The notes beneath the pieces are model-generated. The model was not told the origin of the DNA. It ran no database searches and saw nothing but the letters and a program-made list of their open reading frames with translations. The position numbers and the translations under genes are program-made. From the human T2T-CHM13v2.0 reference genome, Homo sapiens, in assembly GCF_009914755.1 (NCBI RefSeq), contig NC_060926.1: 64,000 bases of DNA. One strand, 5' to 3'. Below are positions 26,436 to 39,439 of the stretch, piece by piece (within the stretch, counting starts at the first letter, position 1; each line of letters starts with the position of its first letter).

Positions 26436-28339
26436 TTAGGGCTGTGTCATTTATTCCTGAAATATTCTTGTGCCTTACTATTATGTACCAGACTTTCCAG
26501 TTTCTGTCTATTTCAGTGACCCACTGAAATCTCACCAACTTCACCTTCCTAACACACCCACAGCCCTCATCTGAACTCTCCCCTCCTCCAACTTGACAGG
26601 GTCTGAACTGCGGCTTGTCCCTCAAGACCAGGATGCATGTCTTTTCACACACATCCTAGATCCAACAGTGCATCCTTATAGGAAGAGGGAAAGAAAGAGA
26701 GCACCTTTAAAAGAAAATGGGACAGAAAAGGAAAAGAAAATGAGAATGTCCCAGGACAAGCTCTTCTCAGGACCAGACTGCTTTCATGGCACCGGGAGAC
26801 GCCACTTGGGCATGGGACCATGGGCGGGGTACAGCATTTGTTCTCTCCCTGGACAGGACACTTGCCTTCCACAATGCTCCCCATAGGGTAGAAGGCTGTT
26901 AGAACCCCATAGGCCATTACAAGGGTTCTGCTACCACCAGATCCTTGTTAGCCTGGAATCAGGCCACCCTCACCGCCCGCTGCCACCCTTCATCCTGCTT
27001 CATCCTGCTGTGTCAGCGCTCTAGCACTGCACTCCAGCTCCAGTGTGGAGAGAATCCTCAATGCCCTGTGGCCCCCCGCCAGGAAGGTGTGCACGGAACG
27101 GGCTCCGGGTTACAGATGCAGCTTGCCTCCTGGAAATGTTCCCTGCTCTAATCACTTTTTTAAACTCCACAAACACAATCTCTGCACCGTGATCAATTAT
27201 TTAGCAGAAAACAATGCATCGTGTTAACAACTAGATGGCATTTAATACGCCCCCAGAATTCTAATGATGCTCCATCACCGTAGGCCTAATGCAAAGTTTC
27301 CCTTGCCTGTGCTTTTGAAGTCTTCCCAGAGTGGAGAAGAGCCAAGATCTATATGCTTTCGGGTGATGTCGGACTTAGCTAGCCCCCAGAATGTAATCAG
27401 CTTGGCCGCTGCGCTGCCGTGAGGTGTCCTTGCGACTTATTTGTTTTCTTTCTGCCTTGCAAATTACTCCTCTTGCAAGGTTGTTTGTTTAGTGTCAGGA
27501 GGTTATTAAACAAACTTAAAGCTTGGGCTGTTAGTCAAATCAGGCAGGAGTGGGGCTGGGGAGGGGTGATTCAATATTTAAGAGGCTGCTCCTTCTGCCA
27601 CGCTGCCCCCAAAGCTAGGCGACCCACAGCTTGAAGGCCGGAGCCTGAGGGCACAGTTGGCTGTGATCAGAAAGTCCTTACTGTCTCATGTTTCAAGAGC
27701 TGAGTCCTGGGATGCTGCCTAACAAAGGTATAGAGGTGATCAAGGAGGAACAACACCAAGATATCTGCATCTAGGTCTCTTGGCTCCTGCCATCCTCAGT
27801 CTTGCTCTCCTGGTCAAGTGCAGGGCCCTCTGGAAAACACTGGCCAGGGCATCTGCCCTAAAGACCTTCAGCATCCCTGGGACTCAGACTCCAGAACAAA
27901 CTCCAGCTATCTCCATTCGATCCAATTGTGTTACCATTTCCTGTGAATTTGCTGTGCACCAGCCTCTCTGCTCACAGTTCACAATGGTGCCCACCGTGTG
28001 TTGAGCCCCTCCTGTGAGTCTGTTGCTATGCTAAGCACTTTGCATGTGGTATGTCTGATCCCCACGCAGCCCTTCACGGCTCATAGCACCATGTCCATTT
28101 TCAAGAAGAAAATTCAGAGGCTCAGGGAGGCTCAGATGCCTGCCCGTGTCTCTCAGCTTGTATGTGGCAGAGGCAGAGTTCAAGCCAGGGCGTGTTTGGC
28201 TCACACCAGGTTGACAGTATTTGAGCTCAGAGAAGTCCCCAGAAATGAAGAGGGTGTTATGCGTAGAGGAGGGTGCTGAGGATAATGCTAATTTCCCAGA
28301 TGAGGAAGCTGAGACCTACAAACACTGCACTGCCCAGGG

Positions 28340-28790
28340 TCAGGTGACTTACCTTGATCTGTGTCCTGACCGTGGTAGGAACAGTGGTCACACAAATCTA
28401 CACACATATTAAAATTCACAGAACTGCACCCCAAAGAAAGTCCACTTGACTGTATGATCATGTAAAAATATAATTAGTTTTTTAAAAAGCAATATGTCTG
28501 GCATGAGAAACATTTTAAGTAAAACACTAAACTAGGTCTCAGAAAATATTCTCATTTACCTTTCTAGAACACTTTCACATGTATAAGTTTCCATATGTTA
28601 TAGAGATCATTTGTAATATGTAGAGAAAAAGGCTGGGGAAATAAAAGACGTATTTATTAACTGTGGTCATCTCTGGGGCTAGGAATGAACTGGGAAGGGG
28701 TAAAGAAGGGTGTTTGTCTTTCATTCTGTATACATCTGTATTTGAATTTGTTCATATTGACTCAGGCAATACTCTCATTTAAAAAACAAA
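28340..28790 (+). mobile_element. Old L1M 3' fragments
   Basis: GGTCACACAAATCTACACACATATTAAAATTCACAGAACTGCAC; TTAACTGTGGTCATCTCTGGGG. Confidence 0.55.
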
Positions 28791-28800
28791 ATAAAATAAA

Positions 28801-29100
<300 letters not shown>

Positions 29101-31193
29101 CTAAAGAAAAGTACAAGTAAGCACTCTCATTTGTCGTTTAATGTTTTAAAAATAAATGCTCTAGAGCTAGGATACATAGTGTTTGTCAATACCAGGGTGA
29201 CTGCTGAGGCACCTGGAGAAGGGACTTCATGGATTGGGAAGAACGAGAATGAGGCTCGTGGGCAGTCAGGTATCCCAAGAGTCCCACTGTGCCAGTACCA
29301 AGAAAAGGGGCAAATCAACATTTACTGTCCACAAGCCTGTGTGCTGGGCAACATGAGAGTTTACAGGAGGCCCACGGAACCACTCATACCCGCGAGGAGG
29401 ACCTGAGACTCTATTTGGGAGGACAAGGTGAACGTATAAAGAATGAGTAACAGGAGACTGAAGAGCAGGAATGGCAAGAGCCCTGCAGTTGTCTGGTCAG
29501 CATTTGTCCATGCCCACTGAGACAGGTGCCTCTGTGCCATTTCATCTACTCTAACAGTCCCACAAGGCAGCTGATATTCGTTCCATTTTATACACAGGAA
29601 GTGGAGGCCCTCTAAGGTTTAATATCCTGCCCACAGCCACACAGCCATGCAGTAGTGGGATCTGCATTCAAACCCTCTCTGAGGCCAAAGTCCATTCTCT
29701 TCACAGCGATTATTCTGGTCCACACAGTGACTCTTATCAAGTATCTCGTCCACGACACAGCCTGGAAGACTAGAGCTGTGCCTGCCCAGTGGATGAAACG
29801 TAGTTGTCCTTAGGATAATTAAAAGAAAAATAACAAAGTCCCATATCTTCCCCAAAGACCAATTAATAATTGGTTAGTATGTATAGAAAATACAAATACC
29901 CACTTCAAAGAACATAATTTAAGAAAAAGTATGCTGTAAAACTCCATACAGCATAATCACATTAAATATTAGTGAGTCAGGGAAACACAGATCTTCCAAG
30001 ATATCTTAGAGACATCTAATTCCCCTTCAGGTGAGGAGATTGGGCTCAGAGAGGGCAACTGTTTAGTCTAAGTTGCACAGCAAGCAAGTTCCAGACCTAG
30101 CACTAGAGGCCAGCCTCCAGACCACTCAGAGTTTGCTTCACAACACGAGACCACCTGGAAGCAGTCAGGGGGCTGCCATCTCCCAGGCCCAAAACTTCCT
30201 CATCAGCCAAATCCAAATCCCCTACTTGCCTAGTATCATCATCTCAGTTCCTGACATTTGCTTAATCACCCTCATAGTGTTGAGCGGATGCCCAGCCGAG
30301 GCTTCTGATCTCAAACATGGCTCCCAGAAAAGATGACATGTTGCATTAATGTAAACTTCTTTAGACACTCTATCAAGAAAAAAAAAATGATGGCGTTGTG
30401 CTATACATATACTGGCATGAACCCCAGGACCACTGGGACGCATTTCCATTCACTTTGGTCTCCTCACAGCCCATCCCTCAGTCGGAGTGAGATGCTCATC
30501 TCTGGGACACGGATGAGCCCTGTTGTCTCAGCCGGGTGTCTGTGGAATCATGGGAAAGGCTCCATGTGGCCGCCCTGTGCACAGGAAGGCAGCCAGGCTG
30601 AGCGGACACAAACCCGCATGGGGAGGGCATTTTCTAGGCTGGTTGGCTGGAGGGTCTGCAGGCCACCTCAGAGCCTGGCTAGAGCAGAGTTCAGGATGCA
30701 CGGCATCTTGGGTCCCCCACTGTGTGTCTGCATCCTCTTCCTCCAGGATCAAATCATAGACATTGATTCCAGGGCTTGAGAGAGAACAAGGAAGCTGGGT
30801 GGTGCCTGGGTGAGTCCCGGCTGAAGGGTGGATTATCCCCCTTAGAACGCCTAGGGAAGTGCCTCCCATGAATGCTTTGGAAGCTTTGTTGAGCCTGTTT
30901 TGTTCTTGACCCTTGGTTACCTTCTTATTCAGTCGCCAGCTCCATTTTGTTCTATCAGGTTGCATGGGAATTTTGCCACCAGCATGACCATCAGCAGCAT
31001 CTTCAGCAGCAGCATGTTGTTCAGGCACTGCCTTGGAAATGGCAAGACTTGCCTGGGCTCCGGTCCTGTCCCTGCCACTTCCTGCTGTGCATGCCCGGCC
31101 AGTGCACATCATTGCTCAGCCTCCTCCCAGTGCTATAGGAAAAAGGGTGCTTAGGAAGTGGAAGCTCGTGGCACTGTGAAAAATGCCACTGAT

Positions 31194-31591
31194 TGGCTTA
31201 GTCAGTTCTGGCTACCATAACAAAATGCCACAGACTGGGTGACTTACACAGCAGACATTTATTTTCCCACAGCTCTGGAGGCTGGAAAGTCCAAACTGAG
31301 GTGCCGGCTGATTCTGTTTCTGGCCAGGGTCTGGCGAGGGTCCTGGCGTGCAGATGACAGTCTTCTCACTGTGTTCTCACATGGCAGAGAGAGTGTGAGA
31401 GAGACTAGTGACTCTTAACCAGTATGACACTCTTTTCCTATAAGGGCACTAATCCTATAGGATCATGACCCCACCATTCTGACATCATTGAAACTTAATT
31501 ACCCCTTTATAACCCTTATCTCCAACTACAGTCACATTGGGGGAATTACGAACTTAAGACCTCGGGGAGGAACATGATTCAGTCCATAGCA
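31194..31591 (-). mobile_element. MLT1A/MSTD-like ERVL-MaLR solo LTR
   Basis: TG...CA ends; 5-bp TSD CTGAT (31189-31193, 31592-31596); CATAACAAAATGCCACAGACTGGGTGACTTA, TATAAGGGCACTAATCC. Confidence 0.88.
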
Positions 31592-34008
31592 CTGATGAAA
31601 GAACACACGGGACTTCTCTGACATCTCAGTTTCCAAGAGGAGGAGGAGGATCAATGTCTTCCTCTGGAGATAGCCAGTGGTCTCCTGTATTCTCCTGTTG
31701 TTCTTTTCTGCTCCTTTGTGGGACTGGGTAGGGCTGTTGGTTCGCTGGCTAGGATTTGCTGAAAAGCAGTTGCCTCATGGCCAAAGGCCACCAACAGCGG
31801 TCAAGACTGGCACACCAGTTTCCTTCTCCCCATCAGTCTCCCTCCCAGCATAGACTCTGGGAAGATCTGGGTAAAAGCAGCCAGAGTCCTTCCCAGAACA
31901 CTATTTCCTGGGTCAGGGTCTCTCTGTGACCAAGGGCTGTGGAGCCCAAACCACAGCCCTCATTCCAGCTCCTCAGCTCCACTCCCCCTCTCCACCTGCA
32001 CCCCAATTTCACAAACACCAGCTCAGCCCCTACTGTGTGCACGAGCCCGTTGTGGGCTCCATGATTCCTGGTCTCTCCCATGGTTTGAGCCGACGCCCCC
32101 TAGCCTGAGCCCGGAGGGACTCTATTGCATCAGGCAGTGGAGGAGAGGAGGCAGATGCCTCAGGGAGCACCCGCCTCACCCCCAGAAGCCTCTGGCTGTG
32201 CCTCCTGCCAGGGCTTGGAGCATCAGTTCAATCCATGGGCAGGGTGAGGGCGGGGGCCTGCAGGGCCTGACTCCATATTGAAGTGCACTCCCTGCCGCGC
32301 GCCGTCGCTGGACAGCTCCCATTCAGCATCTGGGGCAGGAGTCCTTGTGCTGCCAGCTCCTAACAAGGGCACTAATTTCTGAATGCTTACTTGATGACTT
32401 TAATTGAAAAATAAAACCACCCAAAGCTGAGTAATTAAAATCTCCCTGTCCGGATTTACAGCATTAAGATAGAGGTTAAATAGCTCCTCCTCCCCTTCTC
32501 TCCCCAAATCTTGGCATCGGCCGTGTTCCTCTGGGCAGGAAGCACACAGGCTCCACAGACGACCAGTGGCTTTTCTCACCCCCTCCCTACTTCCTTTCCA
32601 GATTCTGGAACGTGCAGCTGAGGGGACACTCACTCATTCAATCCCTTCATTAATTCATTCTCTCTGTGAATACTTACTCTGTGCTGGGGGCTGTCCAGGC
32701 TCAGTGGAGGCAGCAGGAACTGACAGATGCATCTCCTTGCTGTGCCATGGGACTGCGGCTGCCTCACAATCCGGGGACCTTGGCTGTCAGAAGTGGGTGG
32801 ACCCTTCCAGCTCACCTGGTCCAACTCCTCATTATACAGAGCTCATGGGGCAGGGGTGCCCCTCACCCCCATTCATCCCTGAGCAGCTGATCCGTGGCTA
32901 GCGACCACCACCCCCCATCCCTTCTCCCCAGCCTCACAGAGGTAGTGGCAGCTTCAAGTCCCCCTGACACCCAACCTGAGGTCTCCCCCTTGCCCTTCCC
33001 ACCCCCTCTCCCTCACTCAAAGCGGTTTCTCTGTGATCCTGGATAAAATTATCAGCATCTTCCATGCCCCCAGGTGTAAGTTCCCTGCAGTCAGCTCTAC
33101 TCCCTGAGCTGGCCACACTCACTGGCTGTCTTGAGGGTGACAGACACAGCCCCGCCAGGGATTTCATGACAGGAGCACCCAGGGCCTGTTCCTGGATCCA
33201 TCATCCCATCCTGAGGCCTCAGCCCTTGCCTTTCTGTAGGGTGGGAGAAAGGCATGGGCTTGAACTTCGGTTCTGCGGTTATTTGCTTTGGGCCTTTAGA
33301 CAGATCACAACCTTGCTGTGCCTTGGTTTGTTCACATGTAATATGGAGATCGTAATGGGGTCATTTCGAGCATTGAATAGTGAAATACATGTGAGCTCTT
33401 TTCTCCATCTCCTGTAGGTAGCCTACAAGCCCTAGCAGGGGCTCGGGTCACAGCAGGTACTCAGGACTGGGGACTGAATGACCAAGCTGGGCTAGGATGA
33501 GGCTGCACAAGCCCAGCAGGCTGGCTGCGGAGCATTCGGCAGACTGCAGGCAGGTGCTTCTTGGGCACGCCCTCTCTGGCCCACTCCCTCTCCAGGACAC
33601 TTCCTGTCCCTGGCACAGACAGTGAGAGCATCACTCCTTCCTGGCCAGCCGGGTGGTGACTGTGCTCTCCTCTCTGGTGACTCATCAGTCTCTGGCCTGC
33701 TGGGGTCAGCTCTGTCCCTGCCCATGGCCCCTCAGGTTGTACAAATCGTCAGGAGATTGGGGAGCCTTCGACCTTCTCTGTCAAGGCCTGTCCCACATCC
33801 CAGGCCCTCCTCCTTCCAGGATTTCTTACCTCCATCCCCCCCGCCCTTCCCCTGTTTACCCATCATGAGGCAACCTCCACTTCTAGCTGTGTGTCACCAG
33901 AAGTGGGGTGAATGCTGCTTCTTAAATCCAGAAGTCACCCCAGGGCAGTAAAGTTCAGTATCACAAAGCCCAGGGAGTCCACCTGAGAGACCCAGGGAAA
34001 GCCAGTAC

Positions 34009-34470
34009 GGGTGGAGAGGGGGTAATGTCGGGGAGAGTGGTGGGTGGAGAGGGGGTAATGTCGGGGAGAGTGGTGGGTGGAGAGGGGGTAATGTCGGGGA
34101 GAGTGGTGGGTGGAGAGGGGGTAATGTCGGGGAGAGTGGTGGGTGGAGAGGGGGTAATGTCGGGGAGAGTGGTGGGTGGAGAGGGGGTAATGTCGGGGAG
34201 AGTGGTGGGTGGAGAGGGGGTAATGTCGGGGAGAGTGGTGGGTGGAGAGGGGGTAATGTCGGGGAGAGTGGTGGGTGGAGAGGGGGTAATGTCGGGGAGA
34301 GTGGTGGGTGGAGAGGGGGTAATGTCGGGGAGAGTGGTGGGTGGAGAGGGGGTAATGTCGGGGAGAGTGGTGGGTGGAGAGGGGGTAATGTCGGGGAGAG
34401 TGGTGGGTGGAGAGGGGGTAATGTCGGGGAGAGTGGTGGGTGGAGAGGGGGTAATGTCGGGGAGAGTGGT
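34009..34470. repeat. 33-bp G-rich minisatellite (VNTR-like), 14 identical copies
   Basis: Unit GGGTGGAGAGGGGGTAATGTCGGGGAGAGTGGT; 462 bp = 14 x 33; consistent with the repeated MSGRVVGGEGV in the ORF track. Confidence 0.98.
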
Positions 34471-35776
34471 GAGGCAGTCTGGGCAGGTCGGGGAGAGGCT
34501 GGTGTCCTAGAGACAGAGCTGGTGGATATGCCTCTGTGGGGCAGCAGATGGGGGGCCCTGGGAGGAAAGGGAGGGGCAGTGCCAAGGTAGTGCCAGGTGC
34601 TGTGAGCCAGACAGGTTGCGGTAGTGGGGAACTAGAGGAGCAGAAAAGAAAGTGGGAGCTACTGCAGACATCGGAGTGAGTGAAAACTGGAGGCCTGGCA
34701 GAGGGCGATGGCTGTGGGGATGGAAAGAACAAGATAGGTGTGAGGGTGTCTACGAGAAGGGCCGTGTAATCCAGGACACTGAAGACTCGGAGCTGCAGGG
34801 GCCAAACACTGTGGGGTGCATGGGGGTCCCGAAGGAGGGGCTGCTTTGGAGAAAGGAGAGAGGAAGAAGCAGGTTGTGCTGGTGCCCTTTCCTCCTCCAA
34901 AGCAGTGTCATTCCCACGGTGTCCAAACTCACCAGTAAACATTCAGGACTTTTATGAGCCAGAAAACCAATCACAAAAGTTATTTCCAATAAAGAAAAAT
35001 AAAAGGAACATTCCCCTCCCCCCATTTGCTTATAGATATTAGCTTCGGAAAGTCTGATACTTTAAAAAAATCTCCATGGAATTATGGAAGAAACAGGCAA
35101 AATGAAAAATGTGTCCTATCCAGTTTGTAACTAAAATGTCAGCACCCTGGCAGAGGGGACAAGCAGAGCTGGGAGAGCCAGGCCTTTCTCTTCCCGCCAC
35201 ACAGGGGGACCCCCAGCAGGGCGGGACAGACCTCAAGGTTCCATACCTGCTGCACTGCCGTGGATGGAAGCCACCTCGCCACGACTCATGGAGCACGAGT
35301 CACAAGTCCCACGTGGGTGTAAGCATCTCCTCCTCCTCGGGTCAGAGCTGCTCAGGTCAGCCACAGTGGCCAGAGAGGGCAGGTGGAAGGCCGCCACCAC
35401 CCACGCAGGCCTCAGTCTTCCTCAACACTGGGGAGCTCTGGCCTCCAGAAGGTGGGAGACACAGACTGAGTGGACGCAGTGTGATCAGCACTGACGTTGA
35501 GGGTCTGTGGGAGCTAGAATGGAATCCAGCCCTGTGGCTAGCAGGGAGGGTTTCCTGGAGGAGGGGAAGTTTGAAGGACAAGTAGAGGGGCCAGTTTGAA
35601 GGAAAAGTAGAAGGTGAGCAAGTGAGTAGGGTGAGGCTTTCCAAGCAGTAGTGGCTGGCTTGGGACAAAAGCACTGAGGAGTTACGGTGTGGCATGAAAG
35701 TCAGGAAAATGGAAATGTCATTGGTTTGGCCTGACTGGCACATGGGAGTATCAGGGGATGGGGAAAAGGATGGAAG

Positions 35777-36085
35777 GGCCCTAGTGCAGTGGCTCATGCC
35801 TATAATCCTAGCACTTTGGGAGGCCGAGGTTAGAGGATTGCTTGAGCCCAGGAGTTCAAGGCCAGCCTGGGCAACATAGCGAAACCCTCTCTCTACAAAA
35901 AATACAAAAATTAGCCAGGTGTGGTGGCATGCACCTGTAGTCCCAGCTACTTGCAGGCTGAGGCCAAAGGATCTATTGAGCCCAGGAGTTCAAGGCTGCA
36001 GTGAGCTGTAATCACACCACTGCGCTTTAGCCTGGGTGACAAAACAAGATCCTATCTCAAAAATTTTGTAGAAAAAAGTTTAAAA
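35777..36085 (+). mobile_element. Alu (AluJ type)
   Basis: GGATTGCTTGAGCCCAGGAGTTCAAG-type sequence in both arms; TSD AAAAGGATGGAAGG. Confidence 0.95.
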
Positions 36086-36316
36086 AAGGATGGAAGGGTC
36101 AGTAGGAGCAGGTCACAAGGACCTATGTGCCAGCTAAAAGACTTGGACCTTCACCTTGGAGGTGATAGGGAGTTCTTGGTGACTCTTAAAGGACAGTGAG
36201 GGGGTGGAAATAACACAGCTAGTTCTGCACTACCCAGAGGCCATGGGCTGCTGTCCTGAGCCGTTTTCTTAGCCACAGTGTCAGGAACTGCCAGGACCTA
36301 CTGGATGATTGAGATG

Positions 36317-36318
<2 letters not shown>

Positions 36319-36351
<33 letters not shown>
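36319..36351. repeat. (GT)n microsatellite
   Basis: About 16 units read directly. Confidence 0.95.
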
Positions 36352-36353
<2 letters not shown>

Positions 36354-36776
36354 TATTTTCTATTGCTGTGCTCACTAACTTGGTGGCTTAAAAGAATAGA
36401 CATTTATTCTTATAGTTCTGGAGGCCAGAAGTCTGAACTGAGTTTTATGGAGCTAAAATCCAGGTGTGGACAGTGCTGCTTTCTTCACAGGAGCATCTGC
36501 TCTGAATGTCCCAGCTCGTAGCTGCCTCACTCTCATCTCTGCTTCCATGGTCACATGGCTTTCTCTTCTGTGCCAAATCTCCCGCTGCCTCCTTCTTATA
36601 AGGATTCTAGTGATGGTATTGTACCCACTTGGATGCCCAAGATAATCTCCTCAACTCAAATTCTTAGCTTAGTTACACCTACAAAGTCCTTTTTTTCCGA
36701 TAAAGTGACATTTACAGGCTCTGGTTTTCCAGGAATGAGAACATGGACATCTTTGGGAGCATTATTCACCTACTAG
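36350..36776 (-). mobile_element. MLT1 (C/D-like) ERVL-MaLR LTR
   Basis: GGTGGCTTAAAA...ATTTATTCTTATAGTTCTGGAGGCCAGAAGTCTGAA...TCTTATAAGGA...ACATGGACATCTTTGGG. Confidence 0.8.
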
Positions 36777-38359
36777 AGTGTGTCATTTATTAGGCACCCA
36801 CTGAGTGCCAGGCTGTGGGCTGTGGATTCTGCCATGGGCGGGTAGAAAAGCAAGCATGGTGTTTGCCTTTGTGGAGTCTTGGAGCTGACGCGGGGGACTG
36901 GGTCTGTCATGAGTGAGGAAGGAGGGACATGATCATGCCGTTCCCCTGGGCACCTGGGTGGCATGCCATCATGTGCACTGGAGAGGAGGAGCAGGTTGTG
37001 GGTGTGAGTGAGGAATTAGGAGAAGAGGGATAGTCAACGTACTTAGAAAACTGAGGCCATTGGCACTGGCCAATCAGAAGAGACTCAGAGCAGGAGCATG
37101 GATCTCAAGGACCCCGATTGTGCCAGTGGTTAACCCTTTAGCTGCTGCAGCACAGGGAGGTCCAGGAGTCCTGGGGGAGAGGCCAAGGCAGCTTTGGGGT
37201 GACTCAGGGCAGTGGCAATTCACTAATCAGTATGGAAGTATTTAAATAAAATACATAAATATCTTAACTGAACAATATGGCCAACTGACTATCATCGCTG
37301 GGTGAGGGGGATCCAGGCGTTTGTTTTGAGCTTGTTGACAGTGGAGTGGCAGTTGAAATGCTGAATGGAGCTGCGCAGAGGACTGGGAACAGAGGTTTCT
37401 AGCATGAGGGTGGGCGCAGTGTGTATGGTGGAGAGGCTGGCATCCCCCCTCCAAACCCGCCATCCGAATACCTGGAAGAGTGCGTCATTGAAACCGGCTC
37501 TTCTTCTGAGGCATTGATGGAGTGTGAACAATTCTGTCGCCTTCCTTTCTTTCTCCTTAACTTTCTCCTAAGCATTTCTGTATTTTTCTTAAAAGCCCTT
37601 TTATTAGAGAATAGAATGCAACCGTCATGTAACTGCATTTACTGGAGCCAGCTCTCAGGACTGCAAATCTGCCTGTGCCTGGGCTGGCTCATTTGCCCCT
37701 CTACTGTGACTCTGGGGCCAGAAGGGGGCCTCAAGCCCCAGGTCTTAGCTACTCTGGAAGCATGGAGGGGGATTCCAGTATCACTCATTCCAACAGAGAA
37801 CTAGAGCTCTCCGTGCAGATAATGATACAGGAAAAAGAAAGAAATTGAAATTCCAGACAATTTGACTTCCTTTCAAAGTGATGACAGAAACAAGCTTCCT
37901 GATCTAAACCAAACTGGGAAGTTCCCACCCACTTTGTTGCTGGCTAAACTGAGACCCAGAACTGTACACTTGAACCGATTTTACAGTGTTTGCAATGAAG
38001 GTTGATCTTCTGGTCTCTTAGGTGCAATCTGTGAATCCTGTCTGCGTTTGTTTAGGCCATGCATTCACGCTAAAACATATCTGAGCATACCACGTGTGAG
38101 TCAAGCTGTCATAGTTAATTCTCCATAAATTTCTCTTCCTTTACTTCCAGCTACTGTGGCATTGAAATCACTCCAGAGTGTTCACAATCTCTGAGTAAAG
38201 CCCTTACGTACTATACGATGATCTGACTTTTGTCATATTGGCATGGGGGGGAGGGCCAACAAGCCTGAGTCTCCAGCATATTGGAAACCAGCTCCTGGTG
38301 TCTACAGCTCCTCTTATATCCCAGAACAGTGTCATGCCTCTAAGGGCACTCCACATGCA

Positions 38360-38790
38360 TTCCCTCCACAAGCGTTTATAAAGTGTCTCCTCTACAAGTG
38401 GGCAGGAAATAAAATGCCAAATGTAGATGCAAACTCCCTGCCCTCCAGGAACTTACTCTCAAGTGAGGAAGATGGACATTAAGCAAATGAAGAAACAGCA
38501 GTGCAGGAGTAAGAGCTGTAAAGAAAACTGAAGCTAGGGAAGGGGATGGAGCAATAGAATGTGCTATGAGAGATGAGAAGGTGAGAGCAGGCCTCTTTGA
38601 GGGGATGCCATGTCAGCAGAGACCTGAGTAAAATAAGCAGCGTATGCGGGGAGCGGTGGCAATACTTGGGGAAAGAGTATTCCAGAGAGAGCAGCAGCAA
38701 GAGCAGGCCCTGAGCAGGAGAGCACTTGCTTAGCTGTGAAATATCAGGAAGGCCAGTGCCCCCAGAGCAGTGGAGAAAAGAGGCTATACT
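38360..38790 (-). mobile_element. L2 fragment
   Basis: AACTCCCTGCCCTCCAGGAACTTAC...GGCCTCTTTGAGG...AGACCTGAGTAAA...GGAAAGAGTATTCCAG. Confidence 0.6.
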
Positions 38791-39439
38791 GGTGGGTAGT
38801 GCTGGACAGCAGAGATAATGCCATGAATGAATGAACGAGTAGGACTCAGGACAATGGAATTGAACTCAGGCTTCGCCAGCTACATGATCTTGAGCAAGTC
38901 ACTCTAACCTTCTGTCTCCCATTCCTCGTGTGTAAAATGGGAATCATCATAGGTACTGAACTCATTGAAATGAGAATTATGCCCCCAAAGAGTCTAGACT
39001 AGAAATCAAGACTTGATTTGGAGAACCTATTCTGCCATTTGCTGGCTTGAGCAGCTCACATCACCTCTCTGAGCCTCTGTTTTCTCATCTATAAAATGGG
39101 AATTATGGGGCCCACCCTGCCAATCTCAGAGGGCTGGTTAAAATCACATGGTCCCTGTGGGAAAGGCTCGTAACCTGCATATGTCAAACATATACTGGGG
39201 CTTGTTGAATACCTATGGGTGAGTGAGGCCTGAAGTTCCCACCCAGTGGGCCCAGGTAGGAGGCTCCCACTTCCCTGTCAGCTCTTTCTGGGGCAGCTCC
39301 TCCTCCCCAGTTCCTCCCCTCAGTGTGTTTTGGTTCCTGTTTGTTTCTTGGCCCCTGTGTCCTGCAGCACTCACACAGAATCCCACTTGCCCTGTAGGAA
39401 ACGTGGTGCTCATTCCTTAGCGGGGAAGGGAACCATCCT

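Noticed and set aside
34009-34470. Regular repeat array as a possible CRISPR
   Set aside because: Head-to-tail identical units with no spacers, eukaryotic context, no cas genes
33935-34942. 335-aa minus ORF with (HHSPRHYPLST)n and 161-aa plus ORF with (MSGRVVGGEGV)n
   Set aside because: By-products of a 33-bp unit (a multiple of 3) lacking stops in those frames; no synonymous variation and no promoter or splice evidence
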